The notes under the pieces are model-generated. The model was not told the origin of the DNA and searched no databases. It was given only the letters and a program-made list of their open reading frames with translations. A DNA stretch of 64,000 nt, taken from assembly GCA_963752285.1 (NCBI GenBank), contig CAVVXN010000001.1, forward strand, positions 101,990 through 165,989. Direction: 5' to 3'. Source of the DNA: an uncultured Planctomycetota bacterium. GTDB lineage: Bacteria > Planctomycetota > PLA2 > JAEUHO01. This document shows positions 34,247 through 44,010 of the stretch, in pieces. Both the position numbers and the translations under genes were made by a program. The stretch's first letter is position 1. Every line of letters starts with the position of its first letter.

Positions 34247-35443
34247 TTGGACCACCGTTCCCTCCGGCACCGGGTCGCCCCCGTGCCGCTCCGTGTCGCG
34301 GGCGTCGTCCTGGGCTTCGTCCTCGCCGTCCTCGTGAGCGTAGACGCTCCGGCGCGCGGCGCCCCCCCCGAAGCTCCTTCCGGCCCCGCCCCCGCCGAGG
34401 TCCGGCGCGCGCTCGACCGCGGGGCCGACTGGCTCCGCCGGGCGTACGCGGGCGGGTTCCCCGAGTCGTCCTGGCACGACCCGGTCGAGCTCGTCGTCCT
34501 CACGCTCCACCACGCCGGGGCCGACCGCTCCGACGCCGTGCTCCGCGCGGGGCTGGAACGGCTCGCGTCGGAGGCGCCGCGGTACACGTACCGCGCCTCC
34601 GTGCTCGCGATGGCGCTGGCCGAGGTCAACCCGCGCCTCTATCTCCCCCAGATCGCACGGGCCGCGCAGTGGTTGGTGGACACGCAGCTCCCCGGCGGCG
34701 ACTGGGGCTACCCCGGCGTCATGTCGGGTCCGGACCGCCAGCCCGTTCCGGTGACCGTGACGCCTCCGACCCTGCCCGGCTCCGCGGAGGGGCCGCCTCC
34801 CGAGAAGGTCGTGATCGAGCGGCGGGCGTCGCCCGAGGGCATGCCGGGCGCGAAGGGCGACTTCTCGAACACGCAGTTCGCGATCCTCGGCCTCCGGGCC
34901 TGCCGGGACGCCGGCGTCGAGATCCCGGCCGAGACGTGGAGGTCGGCGCTCGCGTACCTCGCCAAGCGTCAGAGGAAGGGCGGCGGCTGGGGGTACGACC
35001 AGGGCGACCAGCCGGACCGGACGGCGTACGCGTCGCTCACGGCGGCCGGCCTCTCGAGCGCGGCGATCTGCGTGAACGCGCTCGGAAAGCGACCGGACGA
35101 CGACCCCGTGGTCCGACGGGCAGAGCGCTGGATGGACCAGCACGAGGAGGTGGGGAAGAACGTCGCGATCGACCAAAGCTCCGTGATCGGCCCGAGCTCG
35201 TGGCAGTACTACCACCTCTATTCCGTGGAGCGCGTCGGGGCCGTCCTGCGGCTCGACCGGATCGGCGGCGAGGACTGGTACGCCGCCGGCGCGCGTCGGG
35301 TCCTCGCGGAGCAGGGTGCCGACGGGTCGTGGAAGGACCCGAGCCCCGACGAGATGGGACCCCGCCCGCGCTACCTCGACGTGGCCGACACCTGCTTCGC
35401 GATGCTCTTCCTGGCGCGCCGGACGCCGCCCCTGACCCGTTGA
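34247..35443 (+). CDS. Membrane-anchored/secreted prenyltransferase-squalene oxidase (QW) repeat protein
   Basis: In track ORF 32660..35443. Start is TTG at 34247. The anchor is VAGVVLGFVLAVLVSV. There are three QW-type repeats: QLPGGDWGY, QRKGGGWGY, QGADGSWKD. Confidence 0.65.
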   Translation: MDHRSLRHRVAPVPLRVAGVVLGFVLAVLVSVDAPARGAPPEAPSGPAPAEVRRALDRGADWLRRAYAGGFPESSWHDPVELVVLTLHHAGADRSDAVLRAGLERLASEAPRYTYRASVLAMALAEVNPRLYLPQIARAAQWLVDTQLPGGDWGYPGVMSGPDRQPVPVTVTPPTLPGSAEGPPPEKVVIERRASPEGMPGAKGDFSNTQFAILGLRACRDAGVEIPAETWRSALAYLAKRQRKGGGWGYDQGDQPDRTAYASLTAAGLSSAAICVNALGKRPDDDPVVRRAERWMDQHEEVGKNVAIDQSSVIGPSSWQYYHLYSVERVGAVLRLDRIGGEDWYAAGARRVLAEQGADGSWKDPSPDEMGPRPRYLDVADTCFAMLFLARRTPPLTR

Positions 35444-35510
35444 GATCGCACGCCGGTGGCCCGGCACGCCCCCTGCGGAGGGCCGACGCCGGGGCGCGAA
35501 AGGACCGGAA

Positions 35511-38240
35511 GTGACTCGCCCGCATACCACCCCGTTCCTCTTCCTCCTCGTCCTCGCGCTCGGCTCGCGCGTCGGGCGGGCGGACGAGTACGAGGACCGG
35601 ACGAAGCCCGGGCACTGCGCGTGCGCGAAGGGGAACGCCACGTGGGAGTACCTGCGGTCCCCCCTCCCCCGGCCGGAGGACCCCGTCCGGTGCGGTCTCC
35701 TCCTCTCGGGAGGCAGCTGCGCGAACGAGCCCCGCCCCGCCGGGACGAGCGCCGCCTGCTGGGGCAGCCAGAAGGTCGAGTGCTTCTGGCGGCGCCACGC
35801 CTGGTCGTGGCACATCCGCTGCAGCCGGTGCCTGGCCGAGGACGCGTGCGACGCGTGCGACGACCTGCCCGGCGCCCAGGACCCCGAGGCGCGCGCGGTC
35901 GTGGCGAAGCGCGTGGCGGCCGAGTCGGCGAGCATGGACCCCGACATCGTGGTCGCGATCTCGCCGCACTTCTACGTGGTGACGAACGTCCAGAAGCTCA
36001 AGCTCCGCAACTTCCGGGGCGGGTACGGCTACGCCGACGCCCACGAGGTCGCGCACCTCTACGCGCAGCGCGCGGAGCAGGCGTACGACGACTTCGTGCA
36101 CGGGTTCGGGCCGGAGGTGGTCCTCCCCAAACCGATGGCCGTCTACGTGGTCTCGCGGAAACGCGACGCGAACCGCGTCAGCGAGCGTTACTTCGGCGAC
36201 CACGAGACGCGCATGAACTACGCGTTCAACTACACGGCCCGCATCGCCGACGGCTTCTGCGGGAACGGTTGCGTCGTCTCCGAGGAGGAGAACCGCGACG
36301 ACAACGGCATGCACGGGTTCCTCCGACACCAGATCGGGCACATCCTCTTCTCGTGCTGGCGCATCACGAACGGCTTCGAGGACCACTGCCCGCGGTGGGC
36401 GTGGGTCGGAGCGGCGCACTTCCTGGAGAAGCTTCTGCCCATCCACGAGGACTACGCGACCTTCTGCGCGGGCGAGAGCCGGGTGGGCGAAGGACCGCGA
36501 AAGCGCTGGCCGAAGCGCGTGCGGGACATGGCCGCGCGCGAGATGGAACCCATCGAGACCTTCTTCAACAAGAACTCGCTGAGCGACCTCGCCTACCCCG
36601 ACCACCTGCGTGCGTGGTCCGTCATGGACCTGATGCTCCGGGAAGACCGCGGCCCCTGGCTCCGGCTGCTCGCGAAGCTCCGCGACGGCGAGAACGAGGC
36701 GCCCGCATTCCGAGAGGTGCTCGGGCTCTCGCCCGAGGCGTTCCAGGAGCGATGGGTGGAGCGCGTGCTCGGGAAGCGCAAGAGCATGGCGGCGGAGCCG
36801 CCGGCGAGCGGGTCCGCCGAGGCGCCGCCGAGCCCCGATCTCGACCGGCTCACCGAGCCCGGGGACCCGACGGTCCTGGCCGGGCGGATCCGCGGCCTCG
36901 ACGTCGTGGCCGACCCGAAGACCGCCGCGGCCCTCCTGCCCGACCTCGCGTCCGACTCGGATCTGGTCCGCGAGACGACGCATCTCGTGCTGCTGAAGAC
37001 GACGTCCCCCGAGGTGATGGCGTACCTGCGGACGGAGGGGCTCGGCCACGCCCGACCGCTCGTCCGCGCCGGCGTGGCCCGGGTGCTCGGCGCGCTCGCC
37101 GACCGGGCGGCCCGCGGACGCCTGGAGGCGCTCCTCGACGACCGCGGCTGGCTCGTGCGCGCGAACGCGGCGTGGGCGCTGTCGAAGATCCACGATCCCG
37201 ACTCGCGTCCCGTCCTGGAACGGCACCTGGAGGACGGCAACGACAAGGCGTGGATCTCGATCGCGGACGCGTGTGCGTCGTTCGTCGGCCGCTCCAAGGA
37301 GGCGACGCGCCTCCTCGCCGGCCGGCTCGACGACCCGGCTTGGCAGGTCCGTCTGACCGCCGTCGTGGCGCTCCGGAAGATCGGCACGGAGGACGGCCTC
37401 GACGCGCTCGTCCGACGGTTCCAGGAGGAGGACGGCCGCCTCGCCCGCGAGCTCCATGCGACGCTCGCGGTGATCGCGCGGGACGACCTCGGCCCGAACC
37501 CCGAGTCGTGGCGTTGGTGGTGGAAGCACCAGAAGGAGACGTACGGAGGGCTCCCGCCCGACCTGCCGGCGATGCCCACGAACCCCGCGGACGAGAGGTA
37601 CGGGCTCCCGAAGGACGCTCCGCCCGACGAGCCGCACTACTACGGACGGCGGTTCTTCTCGCGAAGCGTGTGCTACGTCCTCGATACCAGCGCCTCGATG
37701 AAGTACACGATGAACATCGTCGCGGACCAGGCGAAGGAGCTGGGGAAGATCCCGACGACCGGATCGCGCATGGAGATCGCGACGAGCGCGCTCGTGGACT
37801 CGCTCGAGCACCTCGATCCGCGCACGCGGGTCCGCCTCGTCTTCTTCTCGACCGGGGTGACGCTGCGGCGCCCCGACCTCTTCGTGGCGTCGTCGGGCAA
37901 CGTCGCGGCCGCGGTCTCCGACATCCACCGGATCCGGCCCGACGGCGAGACGAACTTCCACGGGGCCCTGAAGGCGGCGCTGGGGACGTACGGGGCGCCC
38001 TCCCTCGGACCCGATCTCGCGCCGAGTCCGGACACGGTGTTCTTCCTGACCGACGGGCGGCCGACGCGGGGCGAGATCACGTCGATGCCGGAGCTCCTGT
38101 CCTGGCTCGAGTACGTGAACCGGTTCGCGAAGGTCCGGCTCCACGTGATCGCCCTGGGAGAGCTCAACGTGGACATCGACTCGCTCCGCGCGCTCGCGAA
38201 GGCCGGGGGTGGCGAGGTGATCTGGGTCCGGGAGCGCTGA
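35511..38240 (+). CDS. Secreted multidomain protein: Cys-rich N-terminus, HExxH metallopeptidase-like module, HEAT repeats, C-terminal VWA domain
   Basis: Track ORF of 909 aa with a signal peptide. Many Cys lie in the first 120 aa. DAHEVAHLY (HExxH) and LRHQIGHILF are present. HEAT-like segments include LVRAGVARVLGAL and WLVRANAAWALSKI. The VWA domain has the MIDAS motif VLDTSASM. Confidence 0.65.
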   Translation: MTRPHTTPFLFLLVLALGSRVGRADEYEDRTKPGHCACAKGNATWEYLRSPLPRPEDPVRCGLLLSGGSCANEPRPAGTSAACWGSQKVECFWRRHAWSWHIRCSRCLAEDACDACDDLPGAQDPEARAVVAKRVAAESASMDPDIVVAISPHFYVVTNVQKLKLRNFRGGYGYADAHEVAHLYAQRAEQAYDDFVHGFGPEVVLPKPMAVYVVSRKRDANRVSERYFGDHETRMNYAFNYTARIADGFCGNGCVVSEEENRDDNGMHGFLRHQIGHILFSCWRITNGFEDHCPRWAWVGAAHFLEKLLPIHEDYATFCAGESRVGEGPRKRWPKRVRDMAAREMEPIETFFNKNSLSDLAYPDHLRAWSVMDLMLREDRGPWLRLLAKLRDGENEAPAFREVLGLSPEAFQERWVERVLGKRKSMAAEPPASGSAEAPPSPDLDRLTEPGDPTVLAGRIRGLDVVADPKTAAALLPDLASDSDLVRETTHLVLLKTTSPEVMAYLRTEGLGHARPLVRAGVARVLGALADRAARGRLEALLDDRGWLVRANAAWALSKIHDPDSRPVLERHLEDGNDKAWISIADACASFVGRSKEATRLLAGRLDDPAWQVRLTAVVALRKIGTEDGLDALVRRFQEEDGRLARELHATLAVIARDDLGPNPESWRWWWKHQKETYGGLPPDLPAMPTNPADERYGLPKDAPPDEPHYYGRRFFSRSVCYVLDTSASMKYTMNIVADQAKELGKIPTTGSRMEIATSALVDSLEHLDPRTRVRLVFFSTGVTLRRPDLFVASSGNVAAAVSDIHRIRPDGETNFHGALKAALGTYGAPSLGPDLAPSPDTVFFLTDGRPTRGEITSMPELLSWLEYVNRFAKVRLHVIALGELNVDIDSLRALAKAGGGEVIWVRER

Positions 38241-38275
38241 CGGGCCGGCCCGGGCCGGGTGCGCGAGCCCGAGGA

Positions 38276-38659
38276 TCAGCGCTCGAAGAGCGCGAGAACG
38301 GCGCCGGCCGGGTCACGCACGACGCAGAACGTCTTCGCGCCCATCGGGCGCGGACCGTCGAGCACGGCGCCGCCCAGTTCCACGCAGCGCCGGGCGCGAC
38401 CCGCGACGTCGTCCACGGCGACGTAGAGGAGCCAGTGCGGCGGCAGGTTCGCGTTCTCTCCGCGGGCGTGGCAGATGCCCGCGACGGTCCGGCCGGTCTC
38501 CGGCGAGACCATCTCGAAGTCGGCGTACGCCCCCATGTCGTGCGGCTTGGACGTCCAGCCGACGACCCCCTCGTAGAACGCACGCACGGTGTCGGCGTCG
38601 GGGACCGTGAGGTCCTGCCAGACGATCGTGCCGGCGGCGGTCGGCTTCGCTTCGCTCAT
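38276..38659 (-). CDS. VOC / glyoxalase-fold protein
   Basis: In track ORF 38276..38932(-). The preferred start [17 protein letters not shown] is at 38659, after GGGAGA. ...[22 protein letters not shown]...[15 protein letters not shown]. Confidence 0.7.
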   Translation of the reverse strand: MSEAKPTAAGTIVWQDLTVPDADTVRAFYEGVVGWTSKPHDMGAYADFEMVSPETGRTVAGICHARGENANLPPHWLLYVAVDDVAGRARRCVELGGAVLDGPRPMGAKTFCVVRDPAGAVLALFER

Positions 38660-39064
38660 GTCACGTCTCCCGGCGTCGCGCCGCTCACCACAGAACGGGC
38701 TCTCGCGAGAGCGGCGAGACGCGCTCGTCGGGGCCAAGGATGCCCCGAGAGCCGAGCGGATCGCAAGCCGCGACATCGAGCCTCGGCCCCGGCGACCGGC
38801 GCCCACCTCGCGGAGCAGGGTCACGGCCTCGGGCGAGGCGTCGTGCTCGCCGTCGAAGCCGGCGACGAAGCGCCCGCCACGGACATCGCCTCGAGGCTCG
38901 AGGAGACGCCGGGCGCGGCGAGGTCGCGCCACGGCACGGGGACTCGCACCCGCGAGACGGTCTTCCGGAACACGACGGCCGTGCGCCGGAGGAGCCCGCG
39001 CGCGACCGTCTCGGGCGCGGGCGGGCGAGCGTCCGGGCGGGCTCGGGGCGGGGTCGGGGCGAGG

Positions 39065-40852
39065 TCAGGGTGAGGTCGCCTGGAGCGCCCGGAGGTGCGA
39101 CTGGATCTCCTCCGTCTGGAGGAACGACTGGTACGTGGGAGACCGCTGCGCGAGGTCCTCGTGCGTTCCCTGGTCCGCCGGTCGGCCGTCCTCGAGCACG
39201 ATGACGCGGTCCGCCCGGCGGATCGTGGCGAGCCGGTGGGAGACCACGACCACCGTCACGCCGGGGAAGGCCTCCGCGAGGGCCGACCAGAAGCGATCCT
39301 CGTTGTCGGCGTCGAGCGAGGCGGTGCAGTCGTCGAGGAGGAGCAGGTCGGGACGTCCGAAGAGCGCCCGCGCGATGGCGATGCGCTGGCGTTGCCCGCC
39401 CGAGACGCGGGTGCCGCCGCGGCCGAGGCGCGTCGAGACCTCCGCCGGCATCGTCGCGAGGTCCGGCGTCATCTGCGCCACGTCGAGGCACCGGCGGAGC
39501 CAAACCTCGTCGCCCTCGCGCCCGAACGACACGTTCTCCGCGACGGTGTCGGAGAAGAGCTGGGCGTCCTGCGGCACGTAGCCGATCCGCGACCGGAGGG
39601 TCGGCCACGTCCAGGCGTCGAACGGCTGCCCGTTCACGAGGACCGCGCCCTCGGAGGGGGTGAGGAGCCCTGCGAGCGCGCGGACCAGCGTGGTCTTGCC
39701 CGAGCCCACCGCGCCGACGACGGCCACGCGCTCGCCCGCGCGCATCTCGATCGCGTCCACGCGGAGGGCGGGCGCACGGTCCCCGCCGTACGCGAGCGTC
39801 GCGCCCCGCAGCCCGACCGACTCGATGCGCGCCGGGCCTTCGCGCGTGCCGCGCCGTTCGACGACGGCCGGGTCGCGCAGCACTTCCTCTTCCCGGTCGA
39901 TCGACACGAACGCCTGCTTGGCCGTCACGAGCAGGTTCGGTAGGTCGATCATCGGGTGGATGAGCTGGTCGAGGTAGAGGTAGATCGCGTAGAGGGTGCC
40001 CAGGGTGAGCGTGCCGTCGAGGAAGCGGAGCCCGCCCAGAAGCACGACGAGTACCTGTCCGAAGCGACCGGCCGCCTCGTCGAGCTGGTGGATCAGCACG
40101 TTCAGCCGCGCGAGGCGGAGCTGGATCCGGATGCGCTCCTCGAGCACCTCGCCGAGCCGGTGCTCCTGCCCCGGAGCGGCGTTGAAGGCCTTGACGATCC
40201 GGATGCCGGAGAACGCGGACTCCAGCACGTCGTTCGTCCGCGCCACGGACTCCTGCTGCGCCTGGTACGTCTCGCCCATGGCGCGGCGCGCCATGTAGAA
40301 GACGTACAGCATCACCGGGACCGGGAGGAGCGCGAGGAGGGTCAGGTTCACGTCGAGGAGGAGCATCGCGACGATGCAGAACGCGAACCGGGACATGGAG
40401 TCCACGAACCGGAACACCCCCGAGCAGGCGAACCACCCGATCCGGGGGTAGTCGGTGATGTCGTCGGTCAGACGGGTTACGAGATCGCCCGTGCGGAACC
40501 GGGAGAAGAACGACGGGTCCTTCCGGAGGATCGACCCGAAGACCCGCGCGCGCACGGCCATCTCGATCCGCTGGTTCACCCAGGCGCGCACGCTCGGGTA
40601 GAACCCCGCGAGGACCCGGCCGAGGGCCACCGCCCCGAGCAGGAGCAGGATGCCCGGGAGACGCCCCGCGAGGACCTCGCGACCCGTGCCCATCGCGTCG
40701 AGCGCGCGCTGGAATACGAGGGGGTACGCGATCGTGACGGCGGTCGAGACCGTGGTGAGGCCGAACAGGAGAAGGAGGAAGCCGCGGTTCGGACGCCAGA
40801 CGGCGCGCAGGAACGCGAGGTGGTCGCGAAGGGGGAGCGCGGGCGTGCTCAC
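39065..40852 (-). CDS. ABC transporter permease/ATP-binding protein (second subunit of a heterodimeric exporter)
   Basis: C-terminal part of track ORF 39065..42688(-) from VSTPALPLRDHL. The GTG at 40852 overlaps the upstream stop (GTGA). Motifs: GAVGSGKTT, VSGGQRQR, LLLDDCTASLD. Confidence 0.85.
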   Translation of the reverse strand: MSTPALPLRDHLAFLRAVWRPNRGFLLLLFGLTTVSTAVTIAYPLVFQRALDAMGTGREVLAGRLPGILLLLGAVALGRVLAGFYPSVRAWVNQRIEMAVRARVFGSILRKDPSFFSRFRTGDLVTRLTDDITDYPRIGWFACSGVFRFVDSMSRFAFCIVAMLLLDVNLTLLALLPVPVMLYVFYMARRAMGETYQAQQESVARTNDVLESAFSGIRIVKAFNAAPGQEHRLGEVLEERIRIQLRLARLNVLIHQLDEAAGRFGQVLVVLLGGLRFLDGTLTLGTLYAIYLYLDQLIHPMIDLPNLLVTAKQAFVSIDREEEVLRDPAVVERRGTREGPARIESVGLRGATLAYGGDRAPALRVDAIEMRAGERVAVVGAVGSGKTTLVRALAGLLTPSEGAVLVNGQPFDAWTWPTLRSRIGYVPQDAQLFSDTVAENVSFGREGDEVWLRRCLDVAQMTPDLATMPAEVSTRLGRGGTRVSGGQRQRIAIARALFGRPDLLLLDDCTASLDADNEDRFWSALAEAFPGVTVVVVSHRLATIRRADRVIVLEDGRPADQGTHEDLAQRSPTYQSFLQTEEIQSHLRALQATSP

Positions 40853-42648
40853 GTCGCCGCCCCCGCCTCGCGGAACTGGAGGTCGAACAGGTCGCGGTAC
40901 ACGCCGCCCCGGACGTAGAGCTCGCGATGCGTCCCCTCCTCCACGAGCCGCCCCTGGTGGAGCACCAGGATCCGGTCGGCACCGACCACGGTGGCGAGCC
41001 GGTGCGCGACGATCAACGCCGTGCGACCGCGGAGCAGGCGATCCAGCGCGTCCTTCAGCCGCCGCTCGGTCGCCGGGTCCACGGACGACGTCGCCTCGTC
41101 GAGCACGAGGACGTCCGGATCGTGGGCGAGCGCCCGCGCGAAGCAGAGGAGCTGCCGCTCCCCCATCGAGAGGTTCGCGCCCCGCTCGTGGAGGATCTCG
41201 TCGTAGCCGCCCGGCAGGCGCCCCAGGAGGTCCTGGATCCCCGCGACGGCGACGGCGCGGTCCACGGCCTCCCCCGGGACGTCCTCGGCCAGCGCGCAGA
41301 GGTTCTCGCGGACGGTGCCCGGAAAGAGGTGGATGTCCTGGAGCACGAGGCCGAGCCGGGATCGCCACGCAGCGATGCGCCACGCGCGGATGTCGTCGCC
41401 GTCGAGAGCGATGCGGCCCTCGGTCGGGTCGTGGAAACGGAGCAGCAAGCTCGTCAGTGTCGTCTTGCCGCCCCCGGAGAGGCCGACCAGCGCCACCTTC
41501 TCTCCCCGCCCGATGGTGAAGGAGACCCCGTCGAGCGCGCGCGTCCCGCCGTCGTACTCGAAGGACACGTCCTCGAACCGGAGCGCCTTCCAGTCGTCGG
41601 GGACCTTCGGCCTCGCGTCCGGGCGGTCGCGGGTCAGGGACCGGGTGTCGAGCACCTCGAAGACGCGGTCGGCCGAGGCGAACGCGCGCTGCACCTGGCC
41701 GAGCTGCTCGGAGAACGCGATGAGCGGCCGGAACGCGCGGCGCGTGTACTCGAGGAAGAGCACGAAGACGCCCGGCGTCATCGCCGCGCCGAGCGTGTCG
41801 CCCGCCGCGATCCACAGGATCAGGATCACGGCCACGACCTCGACCGCGGAGAGCGCGCCCCAGAACCCGTAGTCGAGCAGCGCGGCCCGCCGCTCGGCGA
41901 CGAGCTTGTCCTGGTTGAGGCCGGCGAGGCGCGCCTCGGCCCGCACCTCGTAGCCGAAGGCCCGGAGCACGGGCACGCCCTGCACGAACTCCGACACGAA
42001 CGCCGAGATCCGGGCGTAGAGCGCCCGGACGCGCCGATAGAGAACATGCATCCAACGGAAGAAGAACACCGTGGCGAAGATCACGGGCACGGCCAGCGCG
42101 ACGACCGCCGCCGCGATCTGCCACGCCGTCGCGAACATCACGACGAACATGCCGAGGACGAGCAGCAGCGTCCGCAGGAGCGAGACGCCCACCTCCGAGA
42201 AGAGCGCCTGGAGCCGCTCCGTGTCGGACTCGACGCGCGCGAGCAGCTTGCCTGGGCTGTTCTCGTCGAAGTACGCCATCGACAGGCCGAGGAGGTGGTG
42301 GAACAGCGCGCGCTTGAGCGTCGTGACGATCGCGAGGCCCATCTTCGCGAGGAGGACCACCTGGACCCACGCGGCCAGGCCGGAGCAGGCGAAGAGGAAG
42401 GCGAGGAGGGCGGCCGACGCGTACAGCGCGTGCCTCGACCCGCCGACCAGCCCCGCGTCGATCAGGTGACGCAGCGCGAGCGGTCCGGCGAGCTCGGCGC
42501 CGATCCCGACGAGCATGGCCAACGTACCGCCGAGGAGGAGCCGGGCTTGCGGCCGCACGAGCGGGACGAGACGGCGCACCATCTCGCCCAGCCGGAGCCG
42601 GCGAACACGGCGTTCCTCCTCGACCAGCTCCTCCGGCGCGAACGGCAT
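40849..42648 (-). CDS. ABC transporter permease/ATP-binding protein (first subunit of a heterodimeric exporter)
   Basis: Track ORF of 599 aa. Six TM segments plus an NBD with GLSGGGKTT, LSMGERQL and LVLDEATSSVD. Confidence 0.85.
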   Translation of the reverse strand: MPFAPEELVEEERRVRRLRLGEMVRRLVPLVRPQARLLLGGTLAMLVGIGAELAGPLALRHLIDAGLVGGSRHALYASAALLAFLFACSGLAAWVQVVLLAKMGLAIVTTLKRALFHHLLGLSMAYFDENSPGKLLARVESDTERLQALFSEVGVSLLRTLLLVLGMFVVMFATAWQIAAAVVALAVPVIFATVFFFRWMHVLYRRVRALYARISAFVSEFVQGVPVLRAFGYEVRAEARLAGLNQDKLVAERRAALLDYGFWGALSAVEVVAVILILWIAAGDTLGAAMTPGVFVLFLEYTRRAFRPLIAFSEQLGQVQRAFASADRVFEVLDTRSLTRDRPDARPKVPDDWKALRFEDVSFEYDGGTRALDGVSFTIGRGEKVALVGLSGGGKTTLTSLLLRFHDPTEGRIALDGDDIRAWRIAAWRSRLGLVLQDIHLFPGTVRENLCALAEDVPGEAVDRAVAVAGIQDLLGRLPGGYDEILHERGANLSMGERQLLCFARALAHDPDVLVLDEATSSVDPATERRLKDALDRLLRGRTALIVAHRLATVVGADRILVLHQGRLVEEGTHRELYVRGGVYRDLFDLQFREAGAAT

Positions 42649-42805
42649 CGCGCGTCAAGGTAGCCCATCGACCTCGTCGCGGCTCCATCCGTGTCCGGAG
42701 GGACCGGCGCCTGGCCGTGCCGCCCCGCCTCCGGGACCTCGTCCCGCGCCTCTCCCACCACGGGTCGCCTCCGCGCGGGTGGTAGGATTGGGTTCAGGCT
42801 CCAGG

Positions 42806-43972
42806 ATGAACGCGATGAACCCCATCACATCCGAGGACCTCGAGCTCCTTCTCACGCGCCGCGCCGGCCCCTGCGTCTCGATCTACCTCCCGACGCACCG
42901 GGCCGGTCGAGAGACGCAGCAGGACCGGATCCGGCTCAAGAACCTCGTGCGGCGCGCGGAGTCCGATCTCGAGCGCGTCGCGATCCGCGGATCGAGCGCC
43001 GAGGAGGTGCTCGCCCCGGCCCGGGCGCTGCTCGGCGAGGGACCCTTCTGGTCCGAGCTCTCCGACGGACTCGGCATCTTCCTCGCGCCGGGTTTCTCCC
43101 ACGTGCTCCGGCTGCCGGCGTCGTGCGACGAGCTGGTCGTCGTGTCCGGCGCGTTCCACGTGAAGCGCCTCCTGCCGCTGGTGAGCGGCGACGGCGCGTT
43201 CTACGTGCTGGCGATCAGCCAGAATCGAGTCCGACTGCTCGAGGGAACGCGGTTCCAGGTCGAGGAGCTCCAGGCGACCGGGCTCCCCAAGAGCCTGCGG
43301 GACGCGCTCTGGATGGACAACCCGGAGCAGTCCCTGCAGCACCACACCACGCTCCCGGCGCGCGACGGCGGCTCCGCCACCGTCATGTTCCACGGACACG
43401 GCGGCGCGTCCGAGACCGAGAAGAACCGACTGCTCCGCTACTTCCGGCGCGTGGACGAGGGCGTGCGGGAGCTCATCCACAACGATCACGTGCCTCTGGT
43501 GCTCGCGGGCGTCGAGCACTATTTCCCGATCTACCGCGAGGCGAACCGGTACGCCGGACTCGTCGAGCAGGGCGTGCACGGCAGCCCCGACCAGCTCACG
43601 GCTCGCGAGCTGCACGCGCGCGCGTGGGCGATCGTCGCACCGCGGTTCCGCCGCGCACAGGAGACGTCGATCGAGCGCTTCCGCGACCACGCGGGCCAGG
43701 GCAAGACGTCCGACCGCCTGGAGGACATCGTCGCCGCGGCCCACCACGGACGCGTGGACACGCTCTTCGTCGCGTCCGGACGCCAGTGCTGGGGCGCGTA
43801 CGTGCCGGGCGACGGCGGCACGGTCGTGTTGCACCCCTCCTACGAGCTGGGCGACCAGGACCTGCTCGACGTCGCGGCGGCGGCCACGCTCAAGACGGGA
43901 GGTCGCGTGTTCCCGCTCGCGCCGGACGAGGTCCCCGCGCACGGCTGCGCCGCGGCCATCCTCCGGTACTGA
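42806..43972 (+). CDS. Bacterial archaeo-eukaryotic release factor-like (baeRF / eRF1-fold) protein
   Basis: In track ORF 42515..43972 from MNAMNPITSEDLELLLTRRAGPCVSIYLPTHRAGRETQQDRIRLKNL. The central FHGHGGASETEKNRLLRYFRRV aligns by eye with the eRF1 GGQ loop (GGQ becomes GGA). It ends ...AAILRY. Confidence 0.6.
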   Translation: MNAMNPITSEDLELLLTRRAGPCVSIYLPTHRAGRETQQDRIRLKNLVRRAESDLERVAIRGSSAEEVLAPARALLGEGPFWSELSDGLGIFLAPGFSHVLRLPASCDELVVVSGAFHVKRLLPLVSGDGAFYVLAISQNRVRLLEGTRFQVEELQATGLPKSLRDALWMDNPEQSLQHHTTLPARDGGSATVMFHGHGGASETEKNRLLRYFRRVDEGVRELIHNDHVPLVLAGVEHYFPIYREANRYAGLVEQGVHGSPDQLTARELHARAWAIVAPRFRRAQETSIERFRDHAGQGKTSDRLEDIVAAAHHGRVDTLFVASGRQCWGAYVPGDGGTVVLHPSYELGDQDLLDVAAAATLKTGGRVFPLAPDEVPAHGCAAAILRY

Positions 43973-44010
43973 CCCTGGGCCCCCGTCGGCGCACCTGGCG
44001 CGGGAGGGAT

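Noticed and set aside
39065-42648. The heterodimeric ABC exporter pair as part of the peptide-export or baeRF systems.
   Set aside because: It lies more than 20 kb from the C39 exporter locus. It is on the opposite strand to the baeRF gene and lacks peptidase or accessory domains. It looks like a generic multidrug/lipid-type half-transporter pair.
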